NCBI RefSeq assembly: GCF_006345805.1
Contig: NC_043012.1
Span: 28,334,001 to 28,398,000, forward strand
Direction of reading: 5' to 3'
Length of the DNA: 64,000 nt
From: Octopus sinensis
Taxonomy: Eukaryota
Below, piece by piece: positions 26,486 through 39,319 of the stretch. A program made the translations under genes and the position numbers. Every line of letters begins with the position of its first letter. Position 1 is the first letter of the stretch. Under the pieces are notes generated by a model. The model was not told where the DNA came from and ran no database searches. It was given only the letters and a program-made list of their open reading frames with translations.

Positions 26486-29400
26486 CATGCTTGCATGTAT
26501 GTATGTATGTTCTCTTTCTAATTTAGAATAAGTTTTGATTGGCCACTAACTTAATAGTATGTATGAATGCATGCAAGTAAAAAAATGTTATATTGAAAAT
26601 TTAGTAAAACGTTTATCAAATGCCTCACCTAACATACTGTAACCCCCAAAATGTGAAACAACAAAGCTGCAGAAGAAAGTAAAGTAACTGCAGATGTGAA
26701 AAGTGCTATGGGATGTCTCTCTTCTCTTCACTGATGGAAAAATTCTTGAAAATCTTGGACTGATCCACATTGCAGAATAAAATTTTCCAGAAAGCTAATG
26801 AGTTTAGATTGAATCATAAAATGGTTGATATGATATTTTCCTTTGGTAATTCTAAGAAAAGTGTTTAACACAATACTCTCTATACATGATTTTCTATTAT
26901 CTTATTAAGTCTCTCAATTTAATACCACATGACTTTGATTTGGATGCCTGACTTGCTAAAACATTATTAAGGCTCTTCATGAAATTATGACAGATATACT
27001 GCAGGTAAAACATTTTACCATTCATTCCATTTTTGCTAAAACACATTCATTCCAACTGTATCAGCAAGAACTAGCAAGAACATCAACTTTTCCAAGGATA
27101 ATGTTCTTGCTAGTACTTTCCTTAATTCCTACTTTGCAGCTATGTTACAATCAATGCCACAAATTCATCATATTTATGTTGAGAATATTTTCAACTTTCA
27201 GAGATTCAAAAGAATGGAATGAACCAAATGTCTATACTTCTTAACTTTCCTAACACTGTTAGAAAGCAACATGCTACTTCAGATATATTTGTGAATTCTT
27301 AATTTGTTTTATGTCTATTTTCCATGTTAGTTTGATGAATATACAACTGAAGCATTATTTTACAGTCAGATGCCCTTTTGTGGCTAACCTTACCAGTTAG
27401 GGTTTTAAAACTTCTACATGAGGTCAAAAGTTCAAGGCCAGTTAATGGTTTGTTGACAAAGGAAATGACAACAATGTCACAGCTTGTAATTTGACAATTT
27501 TTAGAAAAGTTCAAAATGTAAATAAGCACACAGAAAACAGACACACATATGTATATGACGGGCTTCTTCCAGTTTCTGTTTACCAAATCCACAAGCAATG
27601 CTTTGGTTACCCTGAAGCTGTTAGTAAAGACCCCCTGCCTGAGGTGCTGTGCAGTGGGACTGAACATGAACTATGTGATTGCAAAGTGAACTTCTCAAAC
27701 ACACAACCATGAAGAAACAAACCCCTTTTAAATTTAAATTCATAGCAACTCTGTTAAACAAGTTCATCATCAGTTCTCATATCCAGGAGGATCCACAATG
27801 TAAATACCACTGTAACCACTGAAATTTCAAACTGTATTAATTTTGCATTGTTCAAAGATTGTTGAATAGACTGTGAATGCAAACATTCAAAATCTTTAAT
27901 ACTGATGCTTCCTCATGGACTGTTCATCTTGTCTAAAGGGGAAAATTCCATGTTGGATGTGGCTTTATTAAAAGAAACCATATAGAAGTGGCTAACAGAA
28001 AGAGACGTCAATGGAAGGGAGCAGACTGACAAGGACTTTTGAACCTAGATGAATTCCAATTCAGACCAAGTTCCTTGTTGTTGGCATTCTTTTAGTTCAA
28101 AAAGAGGCTTATGTAGCCTCCTTGAAATACAGACATAAATTGAATATAATCAAATTCATGACAACAAGGGATGCCGTTAATGAAGAAAGTGTGATAAGGG
28201 TTGTAGTAAAGGGTAAGAAGTGTAATGAAATATGAGGTGTGTGTAATATAAGATTTGCAAGGAGTAAAAGGGCACGAAGTGAAGTGCGATAAGAGGTATA
28301 ATAAAATGTGATGGACCTAAATACCAAATGTAAAAGAGTAATTTAATAAAATACTCACTTGCTTGTTACCTTCTTTTGCAGCTTTCTTTATATCAGCTTC
28401 CTATTTATAAAACCAAACAATTAAGGTCTTTTAAACCAGATTATCAAAAGAAGGTTTGATAAAATTTTGTCTTTTTAAGTAAAAATATCTATAAATTTAC
28501 TTTTACAAAATAATGATAAATCAATGGCTGCAATGAAAATTATGAGATTGAATATTAATTAAATGGTCTGACATGGTTAACATTTTAAAACTTGAAGAAG
28601 TGAACAACATGTATTTATGGCTATATGGATAGAGAGTAAGTTACAATGAAACATCAGTCGTAAAATTTGAATTTATGAGCCAATACCTTGCTTAGTTTTC
28701 CATATTATATTGTGTTAGAAAGATCTCATAATGTCTCGTCATATATTATGGTCTTTTACAATCTGAAATACACATACAGCAACAGAACCCCCCCCCACAC
28801 TCTTTGCTGTTTTATTTGACATATTTTGGCTTGATTTTTCACAGCTGGATGCTCTTTCTATCAACAACCACTTTACAGCATGGCCAATGTGTTGTCATGG
28901 AAAGTAGAGGATATTGCTGTAAGATGGTGGTGCTGGTCTCATGAAAGGTGGAGGTTGTTGCAGATAATTCAATCATTATCCTTCACTTGTTTCAGTCATT
29001 GGACTGCGGCCATGTTGGGGTACTGCCTTGAAGGATTTTAGCCAAACACATTGCTCCCAGAACTTATGATTTTATAAAGTCTGGTACTTATTCTGTTGGT
29101 CTCTTTTTGCCTAACTGTTAAGTTACAGCTACATAAACAAATCAACACTGGCTGTCAAGCAGAGTGGGAGCGACAAACACAAAAGTACACTCAAACATGT
29201 GTGTGTGTGTATCCACTACATCTGGGTCAGTTATGAGACACTGACATCGGCCATGGCTATGATCTCACTTGGCTTGCTGGTCTTCTCAAAGTACAGCATA
29301 TCTCTAAAGTTCTTGGTTATTTGTCATTGCCTTTGTGAGGCCCAATGTTTGAAGGTGGTGCTTTACCACCTCATCCCAGGTCTTCCTGGGCCTACCTTTC

Positions 29401-32400
29401 CCACAGCTTCCCTCTACTGCTAGGGTGTGACACATTTTCACACAGCTGTCCTCATCCATACGCAACACATGACCATACCAGTGCAGTCGTCTCTCTTTCA
29501 CACCACATCTGATGCTTCTTATATCCAACTTTTCTCTCAGGGCCCCTGCGCATCTGTCACACAAAAACTATCTTCCCAGTTAATCTTCCTTTGATATTGC
29601 TGCACCTCTTATGTGTCCATAGCTTACACTGGGTACATTTTATGGAGTTCCTACCTACACCTTTTCTACAGATCGAGCAGGGCCATCTACCTGAAGGGAC
29701 TTGTGATTTGTCTGCCTTCCTACTTACTAAGACTTACCAGAGATATAGCATCAGTAGTGCTTCTCCCTGGCACAAATCCAAACTGCATCTCATCTAAACT
29801 AACTCTCTTGCTAATTAGTTGGGCTATGACCCTCTCTGTGACTTCCCTAACCTGATCTAACAATTAGATACCTCTGTAATTATGTCTACCTAATGCATCA
29901 CCTTTACCTTTGTAGCAATTGACTATGGTGCTGCTACACCAGTCATTGGGTATGACTCCTTCGTGTATCATCTGGTTAACTTTCCAGGTGACTAGACTAT
30001 AGCCAACACTGCCTGATATTTTAAGCATCTCAGCAGTGATTTCTGATGGACTAGGGGCTTTCCCTGTCTTCATACTCTTAGTTGCTTTATCTACCAAAGA
30101 ACTGTCAATTTGAACAGATGGTCTCTCTCTGTTGGGACGATATTTGGCAGACTCTCTTTCTCCCATTCATTTTCTTCATTTAGCAACCTTTCATACCCAG
30201 ATCAACAACAGGAGGTTCAAGAACACTACCCTGCCAAGTCCATTTAGTTAAGGGATCTTGATGATGATGATGATGACTGGACAGAAACTTTGTTTCACTG
30301 ACCTGGTGAGATGAATGGGAAAGTAGTGCTTGTTAGGATTTGAACTCAGAATGTAAAGAACTAGAAGACATATTGTAAGGTATTCTATTTGATGTTTTAA
30401 TGATTCTGCCAATCCCCACCCCCTGTTAAATAAGGATTTCTAATTTAAACACTAGACCAGAAATTGTGAGAGACGGGGAATTATTGATACCATTGATGTC
30501 AGCTCAGAGAGGATATAAGTGATGTTGTTGTAAGTTTTGTCTCAATTTACACTGCCCACTGTGTAAAAAATGTGGATACAACACTTCTGACGAGAGGTAA
30601 AATCATATACCAATGTTCCAGAAGAACATGGTAAATTAAAAATTCAATGGGATTTTGACATCCAGATTTACAGAACAACTGGACACTATAGAGCAGATAC
30701 TATAGATGACATAGAAGAACAGGAATCGGTCATTGTCATAAACCAGTTCACAGAAGGCTTTTATTCAAATTTTATTTCTGCTTGCTGCCTAATCTGTTAA
30801 TCATGGTTGTCCAACAATTACAATGTGTTGCTTTATATTAAGTAAAGACAGTATCCATCTATTAATGTCATTTGACACTAGGCTGCATCTTCGTACTCAG
30901 TACAAAATAAGATAGCTATACTTTTATCTATTATTTACTATTGTAGAAAGGAACTAATGATAGGATATTATAATTCATAACAGTCATAAAAGATGATGCA
31001 ATACAACAAAATCAAAAACAGCGCAGACAAGGAAGTTGAAAAGATCTCAAAATATAACTTAAAATTAAAAAGATCAAGAATGTGGGGAAGCCCAGCATCT
31101 AAAGTGGGTGTTGTACCAGTTATCGTTTTGAACATTAGGGTCAACCCTTAAAAACTATCATTCCACCTGGAATGGTTGGACATAAAAACAGGCATGTAAG
31201 TGCTCCAGAAATAAACTAGCATTTTACATCCATACTGTGTAATGAAATAATAATTTATTTCTGATTTAGGCAAAAAGCTGGCTATTTTGAGGGAAAGGGT
31301 GTAGTATATCAACCCAGTACTTGGCTGGTACTTTGATTTATTGAACCCAGGGAAGAATGGTAAAGTTGATCTCAGTGGGTTTTGAACATAAAACATAAAG
31401 AACTGGAGTTATTCCAGTTCTTTATGATGCAAAGTATTCTTTTCTGATACCCAAAAATTCTGCCATATTACTGCTGTAATAATGGTTTCTGATTTAGACA
31501 CATGGCCTGCAATTATTTTAGGTTTGGGGGTAGTCAATATCATCAGCCTCAGTACTTGATTGAGGATGAGAAAATTCACATTGATGGAATTTGAATTCAG
31601 GATGCAAAGGGCCTGAAGAAACACTGCATGGAACTTTGTTCAATGCTCTCATGATTCTGCCAGTAACAATAAAAATAATGATTTCTTTTATTGGCTACAA
31701 GGCCCCTAGACATTAAAGAAAACATCAAAAGATGACATACAACATACAAAAGGGTGGGGTTCATGCTGATCAGAAGGGAAACAACAATAAGGATGTAACA
31801 AAATGGAATTCAGAAAAATTCAATAAATATATAGAATTCCCAATAGTAGAGCTGTCTACCTTGGGTAATTTTGGGAAAAAGCCTATGTAAAAAGTCCTGG
31901 ATTACCATGCTGTCTTCAAGAATCAGAAGCACTCCCTTCCTCTTACTTAGAAAAACATACTTAAAGTAGGTTCATTCAACCTCACCAATCTTGCCACTCA
32001 CATATACCTTTTGATAAGCAAACTAGAAAGCAGCATCACCTTCTCTACTCTATCCTTCCTCTTCAAATGATACTTGAAGAAATTGATGAAGGCTTGGCCA
32101 AAGAGGAACGTTCCTGGTCCACCACACAGCCTTTTTCACCAGAGCTACTAAGCAGAGAAAGAACTACCTCCTTTGTTTGCCAAAGAAGTGGGATGTATTG
32201 ATTTATCACTACACACTCAGCTAATAGCCAGATTTGTCTTATATGAGACAATATCTGACCAACACAAGTCCACAGCTTACTAATGCACAGACACAGAATG
32301 ATTGCTTGAAGGATGGTTTCATCCCCTGTATGCATAGAGAGATTTGGTTGTTGACACTTTCATGCCTGAAGAGCTTTTCTCAAACAAGTAAAATCTCCTG

Positions 32401-35400
32401 TAGCACTACCATGTTAAGGACGTTTGGAAGTTATCTATAGTCTCCACTCCAGAAAAGAGCACTCAAACTATTCTCATAAATACCCAAAGTCACCTTCAAC
32501 CAACTTCTATAGAAACACTGAGTTGTTTTCCTGCGATTGGCTTTGTCCAGCTTATACAATACTATGAGTGCCTAGCAACATTATAGATATCAAACATCCA
32601 ATTATGGTCTATGTTTGACCCATGATTGCAGTTCAGTCAAGATAGTGAGTTGCAGAAAGATGTGTTAGACAGAAGGCATCCACACCAGTTCACCTTCGTT
32701 TTCATCATCATTGTTGACACCATTGCAGCAATTGAGATATTTTCTCTAGCTTTCTCAGCCTCACTGCTCAGAGTAGATGTTGACAGGAGATAAATTTTCT
32801 GACCAGCAGAATACTTCATAATAGGTTATACACTAGAGACCACAACAAAAACCACCTACACAACAAAGCAAAAATACTAAAAATGAAAGATAGCCTATAA
32901 ATAGGCAAGATTAGTTACTACGGTAAAATTCAACTGTCATCGATCCTATACCATTATCTTCAAATACATGCACAAAACCTCAGATCATTACAACAATTGT
33001 CTCAAAAACAAAAAAAAAGGAAAAAAAAAAAACTTCCTTACCCCATCAGCCCTCCCAAAACAGGAAAAAAATACAAAATAATACATACAGAAATTACTGT
33101 AAGTTTCACTAGTTCAACATTGTACTGGGATGCACTCCACCTATCAGAAGTGCAAAGAAACACCAGATGTCATTTTCTAACAGGGACTGTCTTACCCACC
33201 CACACAATGGACACTACCAGAATCTGAGTCTATAGAAACAATCTGGAGAGTTATGTGTGTCACCTGTTTACATTATTACACCGTTCCCAGATTCATCACT
33301 TGAGTGCAGGTACATTCCTCAGCTAGGTGAAAACATCATAACTAGGAAAACAAATTCGTGTTTGGTACATAACCATTCAGCTGACAATCTGTATGCAATC
33401 ATTTTGCTGGATAAGAGCTGACCTCACATCAACTTCCTTCAATAATGCTTCTAATTTTCCTGCTGTCTTTAAATAGGTTTAGATTTTTAATTACAGTTCA
33501 TCTGCTTTAATATATTTCTATTTCAACCTACCTTTAACCCTTTAGCATTCAGATTATTCTGTCAAAAGTAATGTTTTGAATTAATCAGGCATAATCTTGT
33601 AGGTTTGGTGAGCAAAACTGGATCTGGTCAGTTTGAACAGGAAGAATATTTTGGTTGGATATGGCCAGATGAAATGCTGAAGGGTTAATCATTTATTTTG
33701 TATTTTTTGTTTTTAATACTTGCACCACTATCTTATTCCAACCTACAATTCTCAATTCTGTTTTGGTTTCATTTAAATCCCTTTTATTTAAGAAAATTTG
33801 CTGATCAGCTAGTAAGTAAAAACATTTTATATTCAACACAAAGACTGAAACATTTAGTGAGGGTCCACCCACCATAACCCCTTCCTTATCAGTCAGTTTA
33901 TTCTATTTGTTTATTTTTGACATGTCACTCTATTATTGAATTTCTTCAAATGACCCTGTCCTTTCTCTCTCCCCTTTCACTGCTTGGATCACTCAACTTC
34001 TCTACCTATATACATCTATCTAGCTTTCCATCTCTCTTTCCTTCACTAATCTCTGAATGTCTACTTGTAGTTATGAAAACTTGTAATCAACAAACCGAAT
34101 CACTCCAGAAGAAATGTGACAAGAAATGACAATGAAGAAAATCCATCTTATAGTCCTGGTCTGAATTGAAAACCAATACAAGATAGACAGGGGCTCTGTA
34201 TCCAGCAAGACAAACTCTTGAGTGCTGGAGACACAATAAAACATGACGGCACACATTTGATGAATGGAAGCCATTCATTCTTGGACTTGATTCTACAGAA
34301 CAGTGCTACACCATTCCTATTAGGTTCAAGAGAAAGTCCTATGACATCTTTGACATGATTACTGTGAGGGTACTTTTTAAATAGATAAGTATTATTTTTT
34401 ACATTCTATTGTTAACTTTTTTTTGCAAATTACTTTATACATAGTGGTTAAATTTATATTGATTTCACTCTTTTCAATTGAGTTTAGATCAGAATGATGT
34501 CATACACTGTAAGCAGTAGGAATTCAAAGGGGGTTTTTGAGCAATGGAAGCAGCAAAAAGTACTTGCTCTGTCTTTTGAAATGAAGGTTTAAGTGTTTGG
34601 ATATGCCAACAACAGTTTGGTCAGTTTCACTTGGGAAATTTTATTTCATAGATTTCCCATGATCTGGATGACAAAGTTCAGTCAATATTGAGTTTTGAAG
34701 AAAATCCAAAGCAAACTGCAAAACAGTTCAATTCATTCACCATCATCTGAGTGGTTCTCAGCTTAAGCAGAAAGTTGCCCTTTACTTGTTGTTGAAGAGT
34801 AGATTGCTACCAAACTTTTCAAAATGAGAATGGTTAGCAATCAATATATAAAGACCACATCTGGAAAAACCAGGACTATACCTGGGAAAAGTTATACTCA
34901 GTGTTTGGTGGGATAAGATGCATTTCGTCTATCATGAAATATAAACCAAAACAGAGAATTATTGTCATCAGGTGGAAGCATTTCAGAAAAATATGCAGAA
35001 GCGCCCATCACTGGTCGACTGTAAAGGGATGTTATTCTTACATGATAATGTAAGACCACATATTGCTAAAGTCAGACAGGAAAAGATTATGGTACTAAAT
35101 ATGATAGTTTTGCTTCATCTTCCTTACTCTCCTGACCTTGCTCTATTCAACTATCATCTTTTCAGGTTATTTCAATATTATTTAGAGGAAGAACAGCTTA
35201 TTACTTGTGATGAAGCTAAAAATGATATTGTGTACTTCTTTGCTTCAAAATCTGAAGAATTTTACTGATGAGAAATCAACAATTTGTCAAATAGACAGAA
35301 TTGTGCTATCATTAATGAGTGGAAATATTAATGTGATTAAATACATCAATTAAGACAAAAGAATCATCTGCTCCTTTCCCACCATGAAATGCAACAGGAC

Positions 35401-38400
35401 TTTCTTTCCAAATTAATACAATCAACTATTCAAATATGAAATGGTAAAATGAATAATTTAAAGTTTTCAGCTAAAATGAAATGTAGAATAGCTTGAGTCA
35501 CTAGAACTTCTTAATCGCTAAACAATTTAAATAAATGTGAGGTATACTAGCCATCTCAATATGACTAACCACTAAGGGTGGGTGTTACTGTAGCTTGTAG
35601 CCCCAGGAGAACACCCACCCTTAGTGGTTAGCCATATTGAGATGGCTAGTATACCTCACATTGTCGTGCAGTTACTGTTTATACCTCGTTCAGAGATTTA
35701 TTATTGCTTGCAATTTAAATAAAATATTCTGTCTAAAAATTAAGCATGATACTTGCAACAAAGTTTCAATTTCCAACTTTCAATCAATGGTTTTCACATT
35801 TAAACAAAGAAACAGCCCAGTGCAAGTTACAATGCAACTTACCAATTGCTTCTCTTGGCGCTCCAGTGCTGTACGATCACGGGCCAGATCTCTCTGGGTC
35901 TTTCTTGTTATCTGTTCATTCCGACGAATTTGTTCTGAAAATAATAATTACTTAGGGTAAATCCCGAGCATGTATTAAAAGAAATATAAGATCCTATGTT
36001 TGAGTAACAAAGCATTGGAAACACTGCCAACCAGGAAGCAAAATCAGATGACAAATGAGCTTTACCAAGAGTTTATTACTTGACTACTGCACATACATCA
36101 GATAATAATAGTTTCCTGTGCTTAGGTAAAAGCATTTTTTGTAATGACAGGGGTACAGCTGATAGAATCAATTATTTTGTACTAGAACAAGTCATAATTT
36201 ATAGTCATCTTCTACAAAAGTAGTCTGCTGACATGAAATATATATTTTTTATGGTGTGTATGTGTATATATGAATATACCATAAAAACCATGTAATTTGC
36301 AAACCTGTGTAATTTACACAGGTAATTTTCAGGATAAAAATTATTTAAAAGAGCTTCTACATAGGCGCAGGAGTGGCTGTGTGGTAAGTAGCTTGCTAAC
36401 CAACCACATGGTTCCGGGTTCAGTCCCACTGCGTGGCACCTTGGGCAAGTGTCTTCTACTATAGCCTCAGGCCGACCAAAGCCATGTGAGTGGATTTGGT
36501 AGACGGAAACTGAAAGAAGCCCGTCGCATATATGTATATGTATATATGCGTGTGTGTGTTTGTCCCCCTAGCATTGCTTGACAACCGATGCTGGTGTGTT
36601 TATGTCCCCGTTACCTAGCGGTTCAGCAAAAGAGACCAATAGAATAAGTACTGGGCTTACAAAAGAATAAGTCCCGGGGTCGAGTTGCTCGATTAAAGGC
36701 GGTGCTCCAGCATGGCCGCAGTCAAATGACTGAAACAAGTAAAAGAGTACTCATGTAAAATTCACACCCATAAGTTTTCAGAATTGCCGATATGGCCAGG
36801 GGAAAAAGGTTTCCAGTTTAGTTGTATTTAGCATAATTTCACTTACTTATGATTAGATTTTATTAAATAAAAATAATTTCTGCTTAAACAGGTATCACAT
36901 TAAAAGCTATTAAATTACAAAGTGTTTGTGTTGTTTATAATAAACTTTGTTTTACGTTTCTTGCCCACAAGAGATTATGCCTGATGTTTAGCATACTGCT
37001 GTATATCTTCTCAAATCACGATCACAGGAAAAGTTGTTAAGAATTATCAACAAAAACAAAGCTGATAAATATGCACAGGTGTTGCAAATTTAGTTTAATT
37101 ATCAATAAACATCAACTTCCTTTTATTTTTCTTTCTTTTTATAAACAATACATGAGCATGTTATCAAAAATGAACCTACACACAACCAGATGTAGCTAAA
37201 TAATATATTGACTGATAACCTCCAGCCTGTTGTTAATTTGGGGCCCTAGTCTGTCTATGAAGATAGCTTCCTTAATTCTTAGATTACCCAAATTTCTTTC
37301 ATTGGCCTCAGTTGTGACTGTCATGCTTTTGTTGGTGTTCTGGTATCTGCCTAGATGTTTTCTGAAAGAGGAGGCTTTTGTGTTCAGATGTTCTTTGATG
37401 TGAATGTGTAAAGGTCATATTGTGCTACCCACATAGAACAGAACTAGTTGCATTTGTTACATTGTATTCTATACACAACATTTACCCATTGGCATAAATC
37501 TGTGTCACAGATGGAACAGTTTGCTAGCGAGCATTGATTGCTGTCCCTTGCTCATTTCTTTGCGAAGTGTTTTTGCAGAGAGGGGCCAGAGTGGGCTGGT
37601 TGTATGTCTAGTCCTTCTCTTCTTATGGCTCTTCAGATGGATGTAGTTATCTTCTTAGTAAAATGGGGTGTCTTAAAGAAGCATGTGTTGCTGGGTTTTC
37701 TGTGTGTTCGGCGTGTTTATCATCTTGGGTACTTAAGCCGACTTACAATGCATATAGGGTACCTGTCGGTTATCAATATCTCTAGGAAATATGTAGTGTG
37801 GGTCACCTTGTCCTCTGTCCTGTTGCACTTGCTCTGGATGCATGCAAGTTCATTTCTGGCGTATCCTATTTTGGGGGAATTTATCAAAGTGACAATGGAG
37901 ATAGTGCAGCTTTATGTTCATATTTGTTCCTAAGTTTTGAAAGTTCAGCATGCTGTTGACTATTTCAGCATAAGTTGACTGCTTTCTTGTTGCCCAGAAA
38001 GTCATTTACAACTATCACGAATGAATTCCATGCAGCCATTTCAATTTTTGGATTCAGTATATCAAAAAAAAAAAAAAAAACCCTATAGATCAGGTAAAAA
38101 CGTCCTGACATAATATTTCTGCACTTAAATTATTTTGCACCACAAGGGAGATAATTAGTCATAAACTCTTGAATCAAGGTGGAAGCGGTACATTATCCCA
38201 GTTTTTTAACTGAAACAAAAAAAAAAAAAGGAAAAATTTCAAATTGGAAAATAACACATCTGATTCATTTTACATACATGGATGAGTGGGTGCATGAAAA
38301 TGTGTCTTTCTAAATACTCGTCTTTAAAGGCATTCCAAAAGTGACCAGCTTTTGTTTCATCAGGTCTTTTTCAAAAAACAAAATCTACCTCATGTTACAC

Positions 38401-39279
38401 CTTAGTATTTTTTTAACAGACAAAATGGTTAATGTGATGGTCATGGTTGGAATGCTGGATCTTAGGAAGTGGTGGGATTTAAAGATTTTAGGAACTGTTT
38501 CTCTCTTTTTATGCTCTAAATTTTTTGTTGATGGAATAACAACAAACCAACAAAAAAGTAACTATGGCTTTTATATGATAATTAATAATTCTACTTCAAA
38601 TATTTCCATAATGAAACATTATTAAAAAAATCTTGTTTTTATTTCTCTCTACAGAACTTAGAACAATGGTATTAATGGTATATTTTGCTTTTTGTATTAC
38701 TATTTGAATCTTTTGGTAATTTCAGGTAACAATCCCAACATAATCCTAGGAGTCATCAACACAGATCCTGTGACAAAATTGTCTAGAGAATTCAGCAAAA
38801 TTTTTTTTAGCTACTTTCCATAGGGTAACAACTTCACTGATGTACCAAGAGTCTGGGTTAAACACTATATATAAAATCATGAAATCTGTTAGATCCTTGA
38901 GCATTATTTCTCAATTTTATAATGCTGCTATTCATCAATCTGTTTCATATTTAGTATTTCATATCTAATCTATTTCTTATTTGTGGTTCAACCTTCAGTG
39001 TCTGAAAATGGTATGTTTCATTTTGCTATACTGTAGACAATGCTAAAAATTATATATATATATAATACTCTTTTACTTGTTTCAGTCATTTGACTGTGGC
39101 CATGCTGGAGCACCGCCTTTTTTAATCGACAACTCGACCCCGGGACTTATTCTTTTGTAAGCCCAGTACTTATTCTATCGGTCTCTTTTGCCGAACCGCT
39201 AAGTAACAGGGACATAAACACACCAGCATCGGTTGTCAAGCAATGCTAGGGGACAAACACAGGCACACAAACACACACA

Positions 39280-39319
<40 letters not shown>

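Noticed and set aside
36364-36440. tRNA-like sequences at SINE heads (also 7077, 49260, 53078, 61891, 63404)
   Set aside because: A/B boxes are present, but they continue into SINE bodies and lack a proper cloverleaf, so they are not tRNA genes.
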